From: a plasmid
Sequence record: NZ_CP088986.1
Strand: one strand, 5' to 3'
DNA length: 64,000 nucleotides
How positions within the stretch are numbered: the first letter of the stretch is position 1; each line of letters begins with the position of its first letter. Position numbers and translations under genes: made by a program. The notes under the pieces are model-generated. The model was not told where the DNA came from, ran no database searches, and saw only the letters and a program-made list of their open reading frames with translations. Positions 34,820 through 45,365 of this stretch are shown here, one piece after another.

Positions 34820-34865
34820 TTAACGGACGGGGCGGCAATGCCGCCCCTGTAAAGGAGACGAGAAC

Positions 34866-35288
34866 ATGTACTGTACTGTTAAAGAAATTATCCGCGAAGT
34901 GCTGAACACAGACGTGCCGGACAGTGAATGCGTTTTTGCCGTGGTGCTGACCCGTGGGGATGTGCGTCACATAGCCCAGGACTGGAGTCTGACAGACGAT
35001 GAGCTGGAAACCGTCATGCAGCGACTGGACGATGCCTTTGCGCATGGTGCGGATGTCAGCATTGTTCACGACGTTGTTCGTGAGCTGATGGAAGAAAAGC
35101 GCGCCAGCCGTCAGGTGACAGTTCCGGCGGTGATGCTGGAAAAAGTGATGGCGCTGGCAGGCAGTGAAATGAAGCGCCTGTATGCCGTCGGGAGCGAGAA
35201 CGGGGGCGACGGTGACGCATTCGTCAGGGAAGAACGCGAAGCAATGGACGTTGTGTTACAGGCGCTGGACGGGGAGCACATGTCATGA
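34866..35288 (+). CDS. hypothetical protein, DUF1380-like
   Basis: 140-aa ORF; paralog of 32715-33149. Confidence 0.55.
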   Translation: MYCTVKEIIREVLNTDVPDSECVFAVVLTRGDVRHIAQDWSLTDDELETVMQRLDDAFAHGADVSIVHDVVRELMEEKRASRQVTVPAVMLEKVMALAGSEMKRLYAVGSENGGDGDAFVREEREAMDVVLQALDGEHMS

Positions 35289-35476
35289 ATATCAGCACAG
35301 AAACCCGCGAAATTCTGCGCAATTACAAAGCCGTGATTAATGCGCGGCGTCGTGAAATGGGGCAGAAACCGCTCACCACTGCGCAGATTGTTGATGAAAT
35401 CTGCGATTTTGTGGCGAATCAGCAGGCTGTATTCCTCGGCGGTCACTACATCCTTCAGGGCAGCATAAACAGGTGA
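35285..35476 (+). CDS. small hypothetical protein (63 aa)
   Basis: Start overlaps previous stop (ATGA). Confidence 0.4.
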   Translation: MNISTETREILRNYKAVINARRREMGQKPLTTAQIVDEICDFVANQQAVFLGGHYILQGSINR

Positions 35477-35672
35477 TACAGGGGCAGGCGGTGGAGGCCG
35501 CCTGTCAGCCCGCGCGAAAACCCCTGGCAGGCTGACGCCTGCCGGAAGGGAAGCGGGCCACGCTGGCGCGTCGCCCGTTACCCTTCCCGTCTGTGATGTG
35601 TCTGACTCAGGAGTGTTTCTTTCTTATGTTATGGAACTGTTCCTGATGTTGTTGTTCCTTTATCTACTGCTC

Positions 35673-36280
35673 TGATTCTGACTACTGCAGTGTTGTTCTG
35701 TCTGCCGGGCGCACCTTCGGCTCCCGGCTGCCTGGCGGCATCCGGTCGTCAGGCCCGACTCCGACAGGCAGCTGCTGGCGCACCTGCCAGTCTCCGCCGA
35801 ACCCGCTGGCGCGGTTTCGGGCTGCCGCTACGGTCCGATGCGTGAAAACCCCTGGCTTGCAGCGACCGTTCCGGTCGCGCCGCCTCTGTCGCGCCGTGGC
35901 CTGCGCTCCCGGCATCCCGGCAAAAGGCCGCCGGGATGTAAGGGGCAACGCCGTTTCGCGCACGCGCTCTCCGTCGTTGCGGCGGGCCCCTGCTCATTGC
36001 CTGCCGGGTGCCACACACCCGTATGAGTCCCTGTCGCCGGGGGCATAGACAGCCACAACCTGCCGCACTGACTGTCCAGGGTAAATGAACAGCCCACAAA
36101 ATTTTTTACCCAAAAACCGGTAAAAAATTTTGCGTTCTGCCCAGGACAGGTGCGTCAGGCCGTGGCAGTGATGCCCCTTGCGGCGAAGGTTCTCAAACGG
36201 GTGAAGTTCATACCACAGGGAATACAGCAGCAGGTTCCCGCGAAACGTCAAAACCGCGGCTCCCGAAACTCAACGGGTGA
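35673..36280 (+). repeat. structured leading-region repeat copy A (Frpo/ssi-like single-strand promoter element)
   Basis: ~600 bp GC-rich; >90% identical to copies at 39001, 49087 and partially 44935; abundant hairpin potential. Confidence 0.7.
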
Positions 36281-36513
36281 TGTTCTTTAAAAATCAGGAT
36301 TTATTTCAGGCTCCGGCAATACGCATTTATTTGTTCTGTCAGTCATCCGGCTGGCAGGTAATGAGAACGCAGGAACAGAAGGAGGAAAACACCGGAGAAC
36401 GTCAGACGCAGATATGAAAAAAGCAGGCCGGGGAGGACCTGCTTAATCCACACCGCAAAAACTGTTCGAGCAGTTTCTGCGGTTCCATTCAACAGTCATA
36501 AGGAGTTTCATTT

Positions 36514-36744
36514 ATGACGGTAAGTATTGTTTCACCTTCCGCAGCGGCTGTAAAGCCCCGCCGTCATCCCCGTTTCAGACGCGAAGACATCCCCGCGCCG
36601 GAAATTGACCCCGTGCTGAAAGCCTTCGGGCGACACATTGCCCGGAGTTTTCACCGGGGACGTGGTGTACACATCCCCGCCATGAAAAATACGGCTTTCG
36701 GGCAGGTGCTCCGCACACTCGAACTGAAACGCGCTTTTAACTGA
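36514..36744 (+). CDS. small hypothetical protein (76 aa)
   Basis: RBS AAGGAG before ATG. Confidence 0.45.
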   Translation: MTVSIVSPSAAAVKPRRHPRFRREDIPAPEIDPVLKAFGRHIARSFHRGRGVHIPAMKNTAFGQVLRTLELKRAFN

Positions 36745-36795
36745 TGAGGTGAGCCGCCCCGCGAGGGGCGGCAACAGACGGAAGGAGAACATTTT

Positions 36796-38157
36796 ATGAC
36801 ATTAGCTGCAATCACCATGACCGCCCCGGAAGCCGCCAGCCCTGTGCAGATGTACCGCGCGACCTACTCACCGGATGACAACAAACTGCGCCTGTATGCC
36901 GCGTCACGTCTTGACCCGGAGACGTATAAAAAAGTGCATGATGCCGGTTTCCGCTGGGCACCCAGACAGGCGCTGTTTGTCGCGCCAGCCTGGACACCGG
37001 GCCGGGAAGACGTGCTCCTCTCACTTGCCGGAGAGATTGAGGATGAAGACAGCACGCTCGCTGAACGTCAGGAAGCACGGGCGGAGCGGTTTACCGGATA
37101 CAGCGGAAAGCGGGCCAGTGAATCCGCACAGGCACTTGATGAAGTGGAAAGACTGGCCGCGATGATCCCGCCCGGTCAGCCCATTCTTGTGGGGCATCAC
37201 AGCGAACGCCGCGCCCGTCGTGATGCGCAGCGTATTGAAAACGGCATGAAACGTGCCGTGATGCTCTTTGAACGTGCGGAATACTGGGAAGAACGGGCGC
37301 GGTCGGCACTGCTTCACGCGAAGTATAAAGAACGCCCGGACGTTCGCTGGCGTCGTATCAAAAAAATCGAAGCTGATTTGCGCAAGGCTGAAAAGACCAT
37401 CGCACAGTCGCAGAAATATCTGACGATGTGGCGGGCTGAATCGCTGGATCTGAATATGGCAAAACTCATCAGCAGTCATGACCATATCAGCGCCTGTTTC
37501 CCGCTGGATACGTATCCGCGCCCGGCAGAAAAAAGCCAGTATGAAGGGAGCCGGTCGTTATGGTCGGCCCTGGATGATGACATCATCACCACGGAGCAGG
37601 CCCGCGAAATTGCGATCCGCTGTCATGAACGGCAGATTCAGCATCAGCAACGCTGGGTTAACCACTATCAGAACCGCCTGATCTATGAGCGTGCCATGCT
37701 GGACGAAAGCGGTGGTGTGGTTACCCGGATACAGGATTTTGAGCCGGGCGGGCAGATTTGCAGCCGGGGCGAGTGGCTGACCATCATTCGCGTGAACAAA
37801 AGCAACGGGGCGGTGAGTTCAGTCACAACGCCGAATTACAGTTTTCTCGGGTACAGCGGCACGATGAAAGTGACGCCCGATCGCATCACGGACTACAAAG
37901 CGCCATCGGCAGAAGAGGCTGCCGTCGCCAGACAGACCGCGAAGCGTCCACCGGTAGTCAACTATCCTGGGGAAGGTTTCCGGGAAATGACAAAGGCACA
38001 GTGGGCCGCCCTGCCCCGGGACTGTAAGGCCGTGCGCAGTGTGGCAGAAGCAGAAGACCACGGGGCATACCGCTACCGCCGCACAATGGACAATAATTTC
38101 CGCCTGGTGAATGTGTATATCACCGACATGAAAATCACGGAAATCCCACAGAAATAA
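36796..38157 (+). CDS. conserved leading-region protein, DUF3560-like (453 aa)
   Basis: Long ORF with RBS GGAAGGAGA; charged/coiled region. Confidence 0.6.
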   Translation: MTLAAITMTAPEAASPVQMYRATYSPDDNKLRLYAASRLDPETYKKVHDAGFRWAPRQALFVAPAWTPGREDVLLSLAGEIEDEDSTLAERQEARAERFTGYSGKRASESAQALDEVERLAAMIPPGQPILVGHHSERRARRDAQRIENGMKRAVMLFERAEYWEERARSALLHAKYKERPDVRWRRIKKIEADLRKAEKTIAQSQKYLTMWRAESLDLNMAKLISSHDHISACFPLDTYPRPAEKSQYEGSRSLWSALDDDIITTEQAREIAIRCHERQIQHQQRWVNHYQNRLIYERAMLDESGGVVTRIQDFEPGGQICSRGEWLTIIRVNKSNGAVSSVTTPNYSFLGYSGTMKVTPDRITDYKAPSAEEAAVARQTAKRPPVVNYPGEGFREMTKAQWAALPRDCKAVRSVAEAEDHGAYRYRRTMDNNFRLVNVYITDMKITEIPQK

Positions 38158-38203
38158 GGTATATCCCCCCGGGAAATCCCCGGGGGATGACGGAGATAAT
38201 GAC

Positions 38204-38767
38204 ATGCACAGTCAGTTAAGAGAACGTATCCGGCTGATGCGCGCAAGGCTGGATAACGCCGCGCCGGTTGCTGAAATCCGGGCTGAATCTCAGCTTTTTG
38301 TGACACCTGCCCCGGTCTGCGATCGCCTGGTGACGCTGGCGGAAATCAGCAACCGTGATCACATTCTGGAACCCTCTGCCGGGACCGGAGCCATACTGCG
38401 GGCGATTCGGGATACCGCGCCGGGGGCCATGTGTGATGCGGTGGAGATTAACAGCGGGCTGGTCCGGTATCTGCGGGAAAATTTTAACGGTGTCAGGGTT
38501 CAGTGTGGCGACTTCATGGAATGGCAGCCGGTGCAGTATTACAGCCGGGTTATCATGAATCCGCCGTTCAGTCACGGGCAGGATATCCGGCATATCCTGC
38601 GGGCTTTTTCCCTGTTGCGTCCGGGTGGTGTGCTGGTCGCCGTCTGTCTGAACGGGCCGCGCCAGCAGGAGAAGCTGTTGCCGTTTTCTGACGTCCGCGA
38701 GGAGCTGCCGCGCGGCACGTTTGCTTATACCCGTGTTCCGACGATGATTATTCGTCTGCGGGCCTGA
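38204..38767 (+). CDS. SAM-dependent methyltransferase (class I fold, NPPF motif; N6-adenine MTase-like)
   Basis: 187-aa ORF with EPSAGTGAI (motif I) and NPPF (motif IV). Confidence 0.7.
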   Translation: MHSQLRERIRLMRARLDNAAPVAEIRAESQLFVTPAPVCDRLVTLAEISNRDHILEPSAGTGAILRAIRDTAPGAMCDAVEINSGLVRYLRENFNGVRVQCGDFMEWQPVQYYSRVIMNPPFSHGQDIRHILRAFSLLRPGGVLVAVCLNGPRQQEKLLPFSDVREELPRGTFAYTRVPTMIIRLRA

Positions 38768-38935
38768 AGACGCCGGGCAGGCGGGAGGATAAATGCCTGT
38801 CTGTCCGCGTCGGGAAAAGACCGCGCGCCGGTGGCGCTGAAAGGGGCCGCGCTCACGCGCCGCCCCTTTCATTACGCGGAAGTTCTGACGGGGGCTTCTG
38901 TTTCTTCATGCCTGTCATTTGTCTGTTACTGATGA

Positions 38936-39605
38936 TGTTCCTGCTACTGCTACTGCTACTGCTACTGCTACTGCTACTGTTCTTCTTTTTCCTGCTGCTC
39001 TGATTCTGACTACTGCAGTGTTGTCCTGTCTGCCGGGCGCACCTTCGGCTCCCGGCTGCCTGGCGGCATCCGGTCGTCAGGCCCGACTCCGACAGGCAGC
39101 TGCTGGCGCACCCGCCAGTCTCCGCCGAACCCGCTGGCGCGGTTTCGGGCTGTCGCTACGGTCCGATGCGTGAAAACCCCCGGCTTGCAGCGACCGTTCC
39201 GGTCGCGCCGCCTCTGTCGCGCCGTGACCTGCGCTCCTGGCATCCCGGCAAAAGGCCGCCGGGATGTGAGGGGCAACGCCGTTTCGCGCACGCGCTCTTC
39301 GTCGTTGCGGCGGGTCCCTGCCCGTTGTTGTGTCCGGTGCCATACACCTGTTTAAGCCCCTGTCGCCGGGGGCAAAGACAGCCACAACCGTCTCCGCCAG
39401 TCCAGGGGTGAAATGCACATCCCACAAAAGTTTTTGCCCAAAAGCCGGCAAAAACTTTTGCGGTCTGCCCCCGGACAGTCGTTTCCGGCCGTGGCAGTGA
39501 TGCCCCTTGCGGCGAAGGTTCTCAAACGGGTGATGGTTAATACCGGAGGGAACAAACGGCAGGTCCCCGCAAAACGTCAAAACCGCGGCTCCCGAAACTC
39601 AACGG
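38936..39605 (+). repeat. structured repeat copy B preceded by (CTGCTA)6.5 microsatellite; upstream of ssb
   Basis: Microsatellite 38941-38979; repeat core from 39001. Confidence 0.7.
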
Positions 39606-39644
39606 GTGATGGGGGCTGAAAACATCAACAGAAGGAGGCACATC

Positions 39645-40178
39645 ATGGCAGTTCGTGGAATTAACAAGGTTGTACTCGTTGGTCGTCTGGGTAAAGACCC
39701 GGAAGTCCGTTACATCCCCAACGGGGGCGCAGTGGCAAACCTGCAGGTGGCCACGTCAGAAAGCTGGCGCGACAAACAGACGGGAGAAATTAAGGAACTG
39801 ACGGAATGGCACCGCGTGGTGCTGTTCGGCAAGTTCGCGGAAGTGGCTGGTGAGTATCTGCGTAAGGGTGCGCAGGTCTACATCGAAGGTCAGCTTCGCA
39901 CCCGTAGCTGGGAGGATAACGGTATCACCCGTTACGTCACCGAAATTCTTGTTAAGACCACGGGCACCATGCAGATGCTGGGACGTGCCGCAGGTACTCA
40001 GACTCAGCCGGAAGAGGCGCAACAGTTCAGCGGTCAGCCTCAGCCGGAATCACAGCCGGAACCGAAAAAAGGAGGCGCGAAAACGAAAGGTCGTGGACGT
40101 AAAGCCGCGCAGCCGGAGCCTCAGCCGCAACCGCCGGAGGGGGAGGATTACGGGTTTTCAGACGATATCCCGTTCTGA
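39645..40178 (+). CDS. ssb: plasmid single-stranded DNA-binding protein
   Basis: [48 protein letters not shown]...DDIPF. Confidence 0.95.
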   Translation: MAVRGINKVVLVGRLGKDPEVRYIPNGGAVANLQVATSESWRDKQTGEIKELTEWHRVVLFGKFAEVAGEYLRKGAQVYIEGQLRTRSWEDNGITRYVTEILVKTTGTMQMLGRAAGTQTQPEEAQQFSGQPQPESQPEPKKGGAKTKGRGRKAAQPEPQPQPPEGEDYGFSDDIPF

Positions 40179-40196
40179 CTGGCCTGAATGTGATAA

Positions 40197-40469
<273 letters not shown>

Positions 40470-40532
40470 GAGAGGTGCCGGACGGGAACGCGTCCGGCAG
40501 ACATACAACCATCCCAGCTAAAGGAGAAATAT

Positions 40533-42491
40533 ATGTCAGTTACAGAGTCTAAGGCAAAAACGGAGCGTAAATCCAGTCGTAAAGCTGCAAAAACGCAGGA
40601 AACTGCACTGTCTGCCCTGCTGGCGCAGACGGAGGAAGTGAGCGTGCCGCTGGCCTCGCTGATTAAGTCACCGCTGAATGTGCGCACGGTGCCGTATTCT
40701 GCGGAGTCCGTCAGCGAACTGGCGGACTCCATTAAAGGTGTCGGCCTGCTGCAGAATCTGGTTGTTCATGCCCTGTCGGGTGAGCGTTACGGTGTCGCCG
40801 CAGGCGGTCGCCGACTGGCAGCACTCAACATGCTGGCAGAGCGCAACATCCTTCCGGCTGACTGGCCTGTCCGCGTGAAGGTTATTCCGCAGGAACTGGC
40901 GACTGCCGCATCAATGACTGAAAACGGTCATCGTCGGGATATGCACCCTGCCGAACAGATTGCCGGATTCCGTGCAATGGCGCAGGAAGGCAAAACGCCT
41001 GCACAAATCGGTGATTTGCTGGGCTATTCACCCCGCCACGTTCAGCGAATGCTGAAACTGGCAGACCTTGCGCCTGTCATCCTCGATGCGCTGGCAGAAG
41101 ACCGCATCACCACAGAGCACTGTCAGGCGCTGGCGCTGGAGAACGACACCGCGCGTCAGGTGCAGGTGTTTGAAGCTGCCTGTCAGTCGGGATGGGGCGG
41201 AAAACCGGAAGTACAGACCATTCGTCGTCTGGTGACCGAAAGTGAAGTGGCGGTGGCGGGGAACACTAAATTCCGCTTTGTGGGGGCTGATGCCTTCTCA
41301 CCTGACGAACTGCGCACCGATTTGTTCAGCGACGACGAGGGTGGCTATGTGGACCGTGTGGCGCTCGATGCCGCTCTGCTGGAAAAACTCCAGGCTGTCG
41401 CTGAACACCTTCGGGAAGCCGAAGGCTGGGAATGGTGCGCCGGGCGCATGGAGCCTGTTGGTGAGTGCCGTGAGGATGCCGGAACATACCGCTGTCTGCC
41501 GGAGCCGGAAGCGGTGCTGACGGAGGCGGAAGAAGAACGCCTGAACGAACTGATGACGCGTTACGACGCGCCGGAAAATCAGTGTGAGGAATCCGACCTG
41601 CTGGAAGCAGAAATGAAGCTGATGCGCTGTATGGCGAAGGTCAGAGCGTGGACGCCGGAGATGCGTGCCGGAAGCGGTGTGGTGGTGTCCTGGCGTTACG
41701 GCAATGTGTGTGTCCAGCGTGGTGTGCAGTTGCGCAGTGAAGATGACGTGGCTGACGACGCTGACCGCACGGAACAGGTGCAGGAAAAGGCCTCCGTGGA
41801 GGAAGTCAGCCTGCCGTTGCTGACGAAAATGTCCTCAGAGCGCACGCTGGCAGTCCAGGCAGCACTGATGCAGCAACCGGACAAATCCCTGGCACTGCTG
41901 GCATGGACGCTCTGTCTGAATGTGTTTGGCAGCGGAGCGTACAGTAAACCAGCACAAATCAGCCTGGAATGTAAACATTATGCGCTGACCAGCGATGCGC
42001 CATCGGGGAAGGAAGGTGCTGCATTCCTGGCGCTGATGGCCGAAAAAGCCCGTCTTGCAGCCCTGCTGCCGGAGGGATGGTCACGGGACATGGCGACGTT
42101 CCTGTCACTCAGCCAGGAGGTACTGTTATCCCTGCTCAGTTTCTGCACCGCATGCAGCATCCACGGCGTTCAGACCCGTGAGTGTGGTCACACGTCACGC
42201 AGTCCGCTTGACCCGCTGGAAACCGCTATCGGATTCCACATGCGCGACTGGTGGCAGCCGACAAAAGCGAACTTCTTCGGACACCTGAAAAAGCCGCAGA
42301 TTATCGCAGCCCTGAATGATGCCGGACTGTCCGGTGCCGCCCGGGACGCGGAGAAGATGAAGAAAGGCGATGCGGCTGAACATGCAGAGCACCATATGAA
42401 AGACAACCGCTGGGTGCCTGGCTGGATGTGTGCACCACGTCCACAGACGGATACCACTGAACGCACCGATAACCTGGCTGATGCCGCCTGA
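40533..42491 (+). CDS. ParB/Spo0J-like nuclease-domain protein (652 aa)
   Basis: N-terminal ParB box (…GLLQNLVVH…) in long ORF; conserved in F-like leading regions. Confidence 0.75.
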   Translation: MSVTESKAKTERKSSRKAAKTQETALSALLAQTEEVSVPLASLIKSPLNVRTVPYSAESVSELADSIKGVGLLQNLVVHALSGERYGVAAGGRRLAALNMLAERNILPADWPVRVKVIPQELATAASMTENGHRRDMHPAEQIAGFRAMAQEGKTPAQIGDLLGYSPRHVQRMLKLADLAPVILDALAEDRITTEHCQALALENDTARQVQVFEAACQSGWGGKPEVQTIRRLVTESEVAVAGNTKFRFVGADAFSPDELRTDLFSDDEGGYVDRVALDAALLEKLQAVAEHLREAEGWEWCAGRMEPVGECREDAGTYRCLPEPEAVLTEAEEERLNELMTRYDAPENQCEESDLLEAEMKLMRCMAKVRAWTPEMRAGSGVVVSWRYGNVCVQRGVQLRSEDDVADDADRTEQVQEKASVEEVSLPLLTKMSSERTLAVQAALMQQPDKSLALLAWTLCLNVFGSGAYSKPAQISLECKHYALTSDAPSGKEGAAFLALMAEKARLAALLPEGWSRDMATFLSLSQEVLLSLLSFCTACSIHGVQTRECGHTSRSPLDPLETAIGFHMRDWWQPTKANFFGHLKKPQIIAALNDAGLSGAARDAEKMKKGDAAEHAEHHMKDNRWVPGWMCAPRPQTDTTERTDNLADAA

Positions 42492-42545
42492 TGAACAACC
42501 ACACCGCCCCGCCGGAGACGGGGCGGCAGCAAGGGAGATACCGTG

Positions 42546-42980
42546 ATGAAAACTGAACTGACCCTGAATGTATTACAGACCATGAACGCACAGGAATATG
42601 AAGATATCCGGGCTGCCGGAAGTGATGAACGCCGTGAGCTGACTCACGCCGTGATGCGGGAGCTGGATGCCCCGGATAACTGGACGATGAACGGCGAGTA
42701 CGGCAGCGAGTTTGGCGGCTTTTTCCCCGTCCAGGTCCGTTTCACGCCTGCCCACGAACGTTTTCACCTGGCGTTATGTTCACCAGGTGACGTCTCTCAG
42801 GTCTGGGTGCTGGTTCTGGTCAATGCCGGTGGTGAGCCGTTTGCGGTGGTTCAGGTGCAGCGGCGGTTTGTACCGGAAGCCGTCAGCCATTCACTGGCAC
42901 TGGCGGCGTCACTGGATGAACAGGGATACAGCGTCAGTGACATCATCCATATCCTGATGGCGGAAGGAGGTCAGGCATGA
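42546..42980 (+). CDS. psiB: plasmid SOS inhibition protein PsiB
   Basis: [40 protein letters not shown]... Confidence 0.9.
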   Translation: MKTELTLNVLQTMNAQEYEDIRAAGSDERRELTHAVMRELDAPDNWTMNGEYGSEFGGFFPVQVRFTPAHERFHLALCSPGDVSQVWVLVLVNAGGEPFAVVQVQRRFVPEAVSHSLALAASLDEQGYSVSDIIHILMAEGGQA

Positions 42981-43696
42981 GCGCATGTTCACAGGCACTG
43001 GTTCCCCTCAGCACAGAGCAACAGGCCGCATGGCGGGCGGTGGTGGAGACGGAAAAACGCCGCCATCAGGGAAACACGCTGGCGGAATATCCGTATGCGG
43101 GGGCGTTTTTCCGCTGTCTGAACGGAAGCCGCAGGATTTCGCTGTCTGACCTGCGATTTTTCATGCCATCCCTGACCGCAGAAGAACTGCGCGGTAACCG
43201 TCTTCAGTGGCTGTATGCCGTCGATGTGTTGATTGAAACACAGGGCGAGGTCTGCCTCCTTCCCCTTCCCGGTGATGCGGCAGAGCGGTTGTTCCCGTCG
43301 GTGCGGTTCCGTGTCAGGGAACGCAGTCGCCATAAATCCGCGCTGGTCATGCAGAAGTACAGCCGTCAGCAGGCACGGGAGGCAGAGCAGAAAGCCCGTG
43401 CGTACCAGGCGCTGGTTGCTCAGGCTGAAATCGAACTGGCATTCCATTCACCGGAAACAGTCGGAAGCTGGCATGCCCGCTGGAGTGACCGGGTGGCGGA
43501 GCATGACCTGGAAACGCTGTTCTGGCAGTGGGGTGAGCGTTTTCCGTCACTGGCCGGGATGGAACGCTGGCAGTGGCAGGATATGCCGTTCTGGCAGGTC
43601 ATCGCGGAAGCCAGTATGGCGGCAAGGGAGGCCGGTCATGTTGTCCGTGAGATGGAGCGGTGGATGGTGCCGAACAAACTCCGGGAGGTGGCGTGA
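42977..43696 (+). CDS. psiA: PsiA
   Basis: 239-aa ORF overlapping psiB stop. Confidence 0.85.
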   Translation: MSACSQALVPLSTEQQAAWRAVVETEKRRHQGNTLAEYPYAGAFFRCLNGSRRISLSDLRFFMPSLTAEELRGNRLQWLYAVDVLIETQGEVCLLPLPGDAAERLFPSVRFRVRERSRHKSALVMQKYSRQQAREAEQKARAYQALVAQAEIELAFHSPETVGSWHARWSDRVAEHDLETLFWQWGERFPSLAGMERWQWQDMPFWQVIAEASMAAREAGHVVREMERWMVPNKLREVA

Positions 43697-44214
43697 TGCA
43701 GAACGCCAGACATCCGAAAACACACAGGGAACTGTGTGAACTGGCCTGCCGTTTTCTCCGCAACAACGGCTTTAAGGTGGTGTTCGGTGACCGTTTTCAC
43801 GCATGGACGCCCTGCGGTGAACATCCTGATGCCCTGGGCTTCCGTAACGGAGCGTCATGTCTCATTGAGGTGAAATGCTCACGGTCTGATTTCCTGGCTG
43901 ACCGGAAAAAGGTGTTCCGGTCAGAGCCGGAAAAGGGCATGGGAGACTGGCGTTTTTATCTCTGCGAGCCGGGGGTGATTACCGTGGCCGATTTACCGGC
44001 GGGCTGGGGGTTGCTGTATGCGATTAACGGGCGGGTCAGGAAAGTACATGGCTGGCCCGGAAATCATCAGTGGGTGGTTACGGTCGCGAAACCGTTCAGG
44101 GCAAACAAACAGGCTGAATGCGATTATCTGTTCAGTGCTCTGCGTCGGCTGGAAATCCGGGGCGTGACGGAGAACGGTGCAGATGCTGACAGGGTGCAGA
44201 CATATGGGCTATGA
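43696..44214 (+). CDS. conserved leading-region protein (flmC-position); possible PD-(D/E)xK-fold protein
   Basis: 172-aa ORF; start ATG overlaps psiA TGA; D...EVK motif (HPDALGF...LIEVKCS). Confidence 0.55.
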   Translation: MQNARHPKTHRELCELACRFLRNNGFKVVFGDRFHAWTPCGEHPDALGFRNGASCLIEVKCSRSDFLADRKKVFRSEPEKGMGDWRFYLCEPGVITVADLPAGWGLLYAINGRVRKVHGWPGNHQWVVTVAKPFRANKQAECDYLFSALRRLEIRGVTENGADADRVQTYGL

Positions 44215-44289
44215 TGTGCCCGGCGCTTGAGGCTTTTTGCCTCATGACGTGAAGGTGGTTTGTTACCGTGTTGTGTGGCAGAAAGCAGA

Positions 44290-44360
44290 AAGCCCCGTAG
44301 TTAATTTTCATTAACCCACGAGGCCCACTGTATGTCTAACCAACACCAGTATGGCCTCTT
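44290..44360 (-). ncRNA. sok: putative Sok-like antisense RNA of hok/mok locus
   Basis: Position antisense to mok start/hok leader, by analogy with R1 hok/sok; not delimited from sequence. Confidence 0.3.
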
Positions 44361-44547
44361 ACCGTGCAAATTGCAAGGAGGAGTAAACCATGAAACTACC
44401 GGGAAACGCCCTTATCTGGTGCGTATTAATCGTGTGCTGCACGTTGTTGATATTCACACTCCTGACCCGGAATCGCCTGTGCGAAGTCCGGCTGAAGGAC
44501 GGATACAGGGAAGTTACGGCAACAATGGCTTACGAATCCGGCGGTAA
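44332..44547 (+). CDS. mok: Mok (modulator of killing) overlapping reading frame
   Basis: 71-aa ORF overlapping hok in +2 frame. Confidence 0.5.
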   Translation: MSNQHQYGLLPCKLQGGVNHETTGKRPYLVRINRVLHVVDIHTPDPESPVRSPAEGRIQGSYGNNGLRIRR

Positions 44548-44551
44548 GTAG
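44390..44551 (+). CDS. hok: Hok/FlmA-family membrane toxin (53 aa)
   Basis: [53 protein letters not shown]; RBS GGAGGAG. Confidence 0.8.
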   Translation: MKLPGNALIWCVLIVCCTLLIFTLLTRNRLCEVRLKDGYREVTATMAYESGGK

Positions 44552-44934
44552 CAACCTGGAGGCGGGCGCAGGCCCGCCTTTTCAGGGCTGATGCTGGTCT
44601 GACTGCACTGAAGCGCCTTTATAAAGGGGCTGCTGGTTCGCCGGTGGCCCCTTTCTCCTTGCTGGCATTGTGCGGGCATGAACAACCAGACTGCCAGGAA
44701 GGCCGTTTCCCTCCGGGAACGGGGAAGAACGCGCGCCTGCGGCGCCCGTTCTTTTCCCCCGCCTTCTCTGTTTATGACCTGTCAGAAATCACATCCCTTC
44801 CCTTTGATTATTCTCTTTTTCCTCCTGTTCTGACTCTGATTACTGCTGCCCTGATTATTGTCTGTTTTGTTGTTCTCCTGGCTGTGTCTTTTCCGGGCGT
44901 CCCCCTGGCGGGCTTCCATCCCTGACGCGAAACC

Positions 44935-45365
44935 CCGGGCTTGCAGCGACCGTTCCGGTCGCGCCGCCTCTGTCGCGCCGTGGCCTGCGCTCCTGGCATC
45001 CCGGCAAAAGGCCGCCGGGATGTAAGGCGCAACGCCGTTTCGCAAACCGCGCTTCACGTCGTTGCGGCGGGTCCCTGCCCGTTGTTCTGTCCGGTGCCAT
45101 TCACCTGTTTAATCCCCTGTCGCCGGGGGCATAGACAGCCACAACCTGCCGCACTGACTGTCCAGGGTAAATGAACAGCCCACAAAATTTTTTACCTAAA
45201 ACCCGGTAAAAAATTTTGCGTTCTGCCCAGGACAGGTGCGTCAGGTCGTGGCAGTGATGCCCCTTGCGGCGAAGGTTCTCAAAAAGGTGATGGTGAATAC
45301 CGGAGGGAATAAAAGGCAGGTCCCCGCAAAACGTCAAAACCGCGGCTCCCGAAACTCAAAAGATG
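44935..45365 (+). repeat. structured repeat copy C (3' two-thirds only; divergent 5' part 44780-44934)
   Basis: Aligns with copies A/B/D from AAACCCCGGGCTTGCAGCGACCG onward. Confidence 0.65.

Noticed and set aside
35682-36099. Conserved 85-116-aa ORFs inside the structured repeats (recurring at 39010-39580 and 49096-49430)
   Set aside because: Their conservation is explained by nucleotide identity of the repeat copies. They are GC-rich, lack RBSs, and their frames are broken in copy C, so they are most likely non-coding.
38936-39000. Tandem CTGCTA arrays as possible CRISPR or protein-coding Ala-Thr/Leu-Leu repeats
   Set aside because: The units are 6 bp with no spacers, so this is not CRISPR. 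The ORF-track frame giving (AT)n (38919-39173) simply follows repeat identity, and only the poly-Leu frame has an ATG plus a stop at the repeat edge. I kept it as a finding but not as a called CDS.
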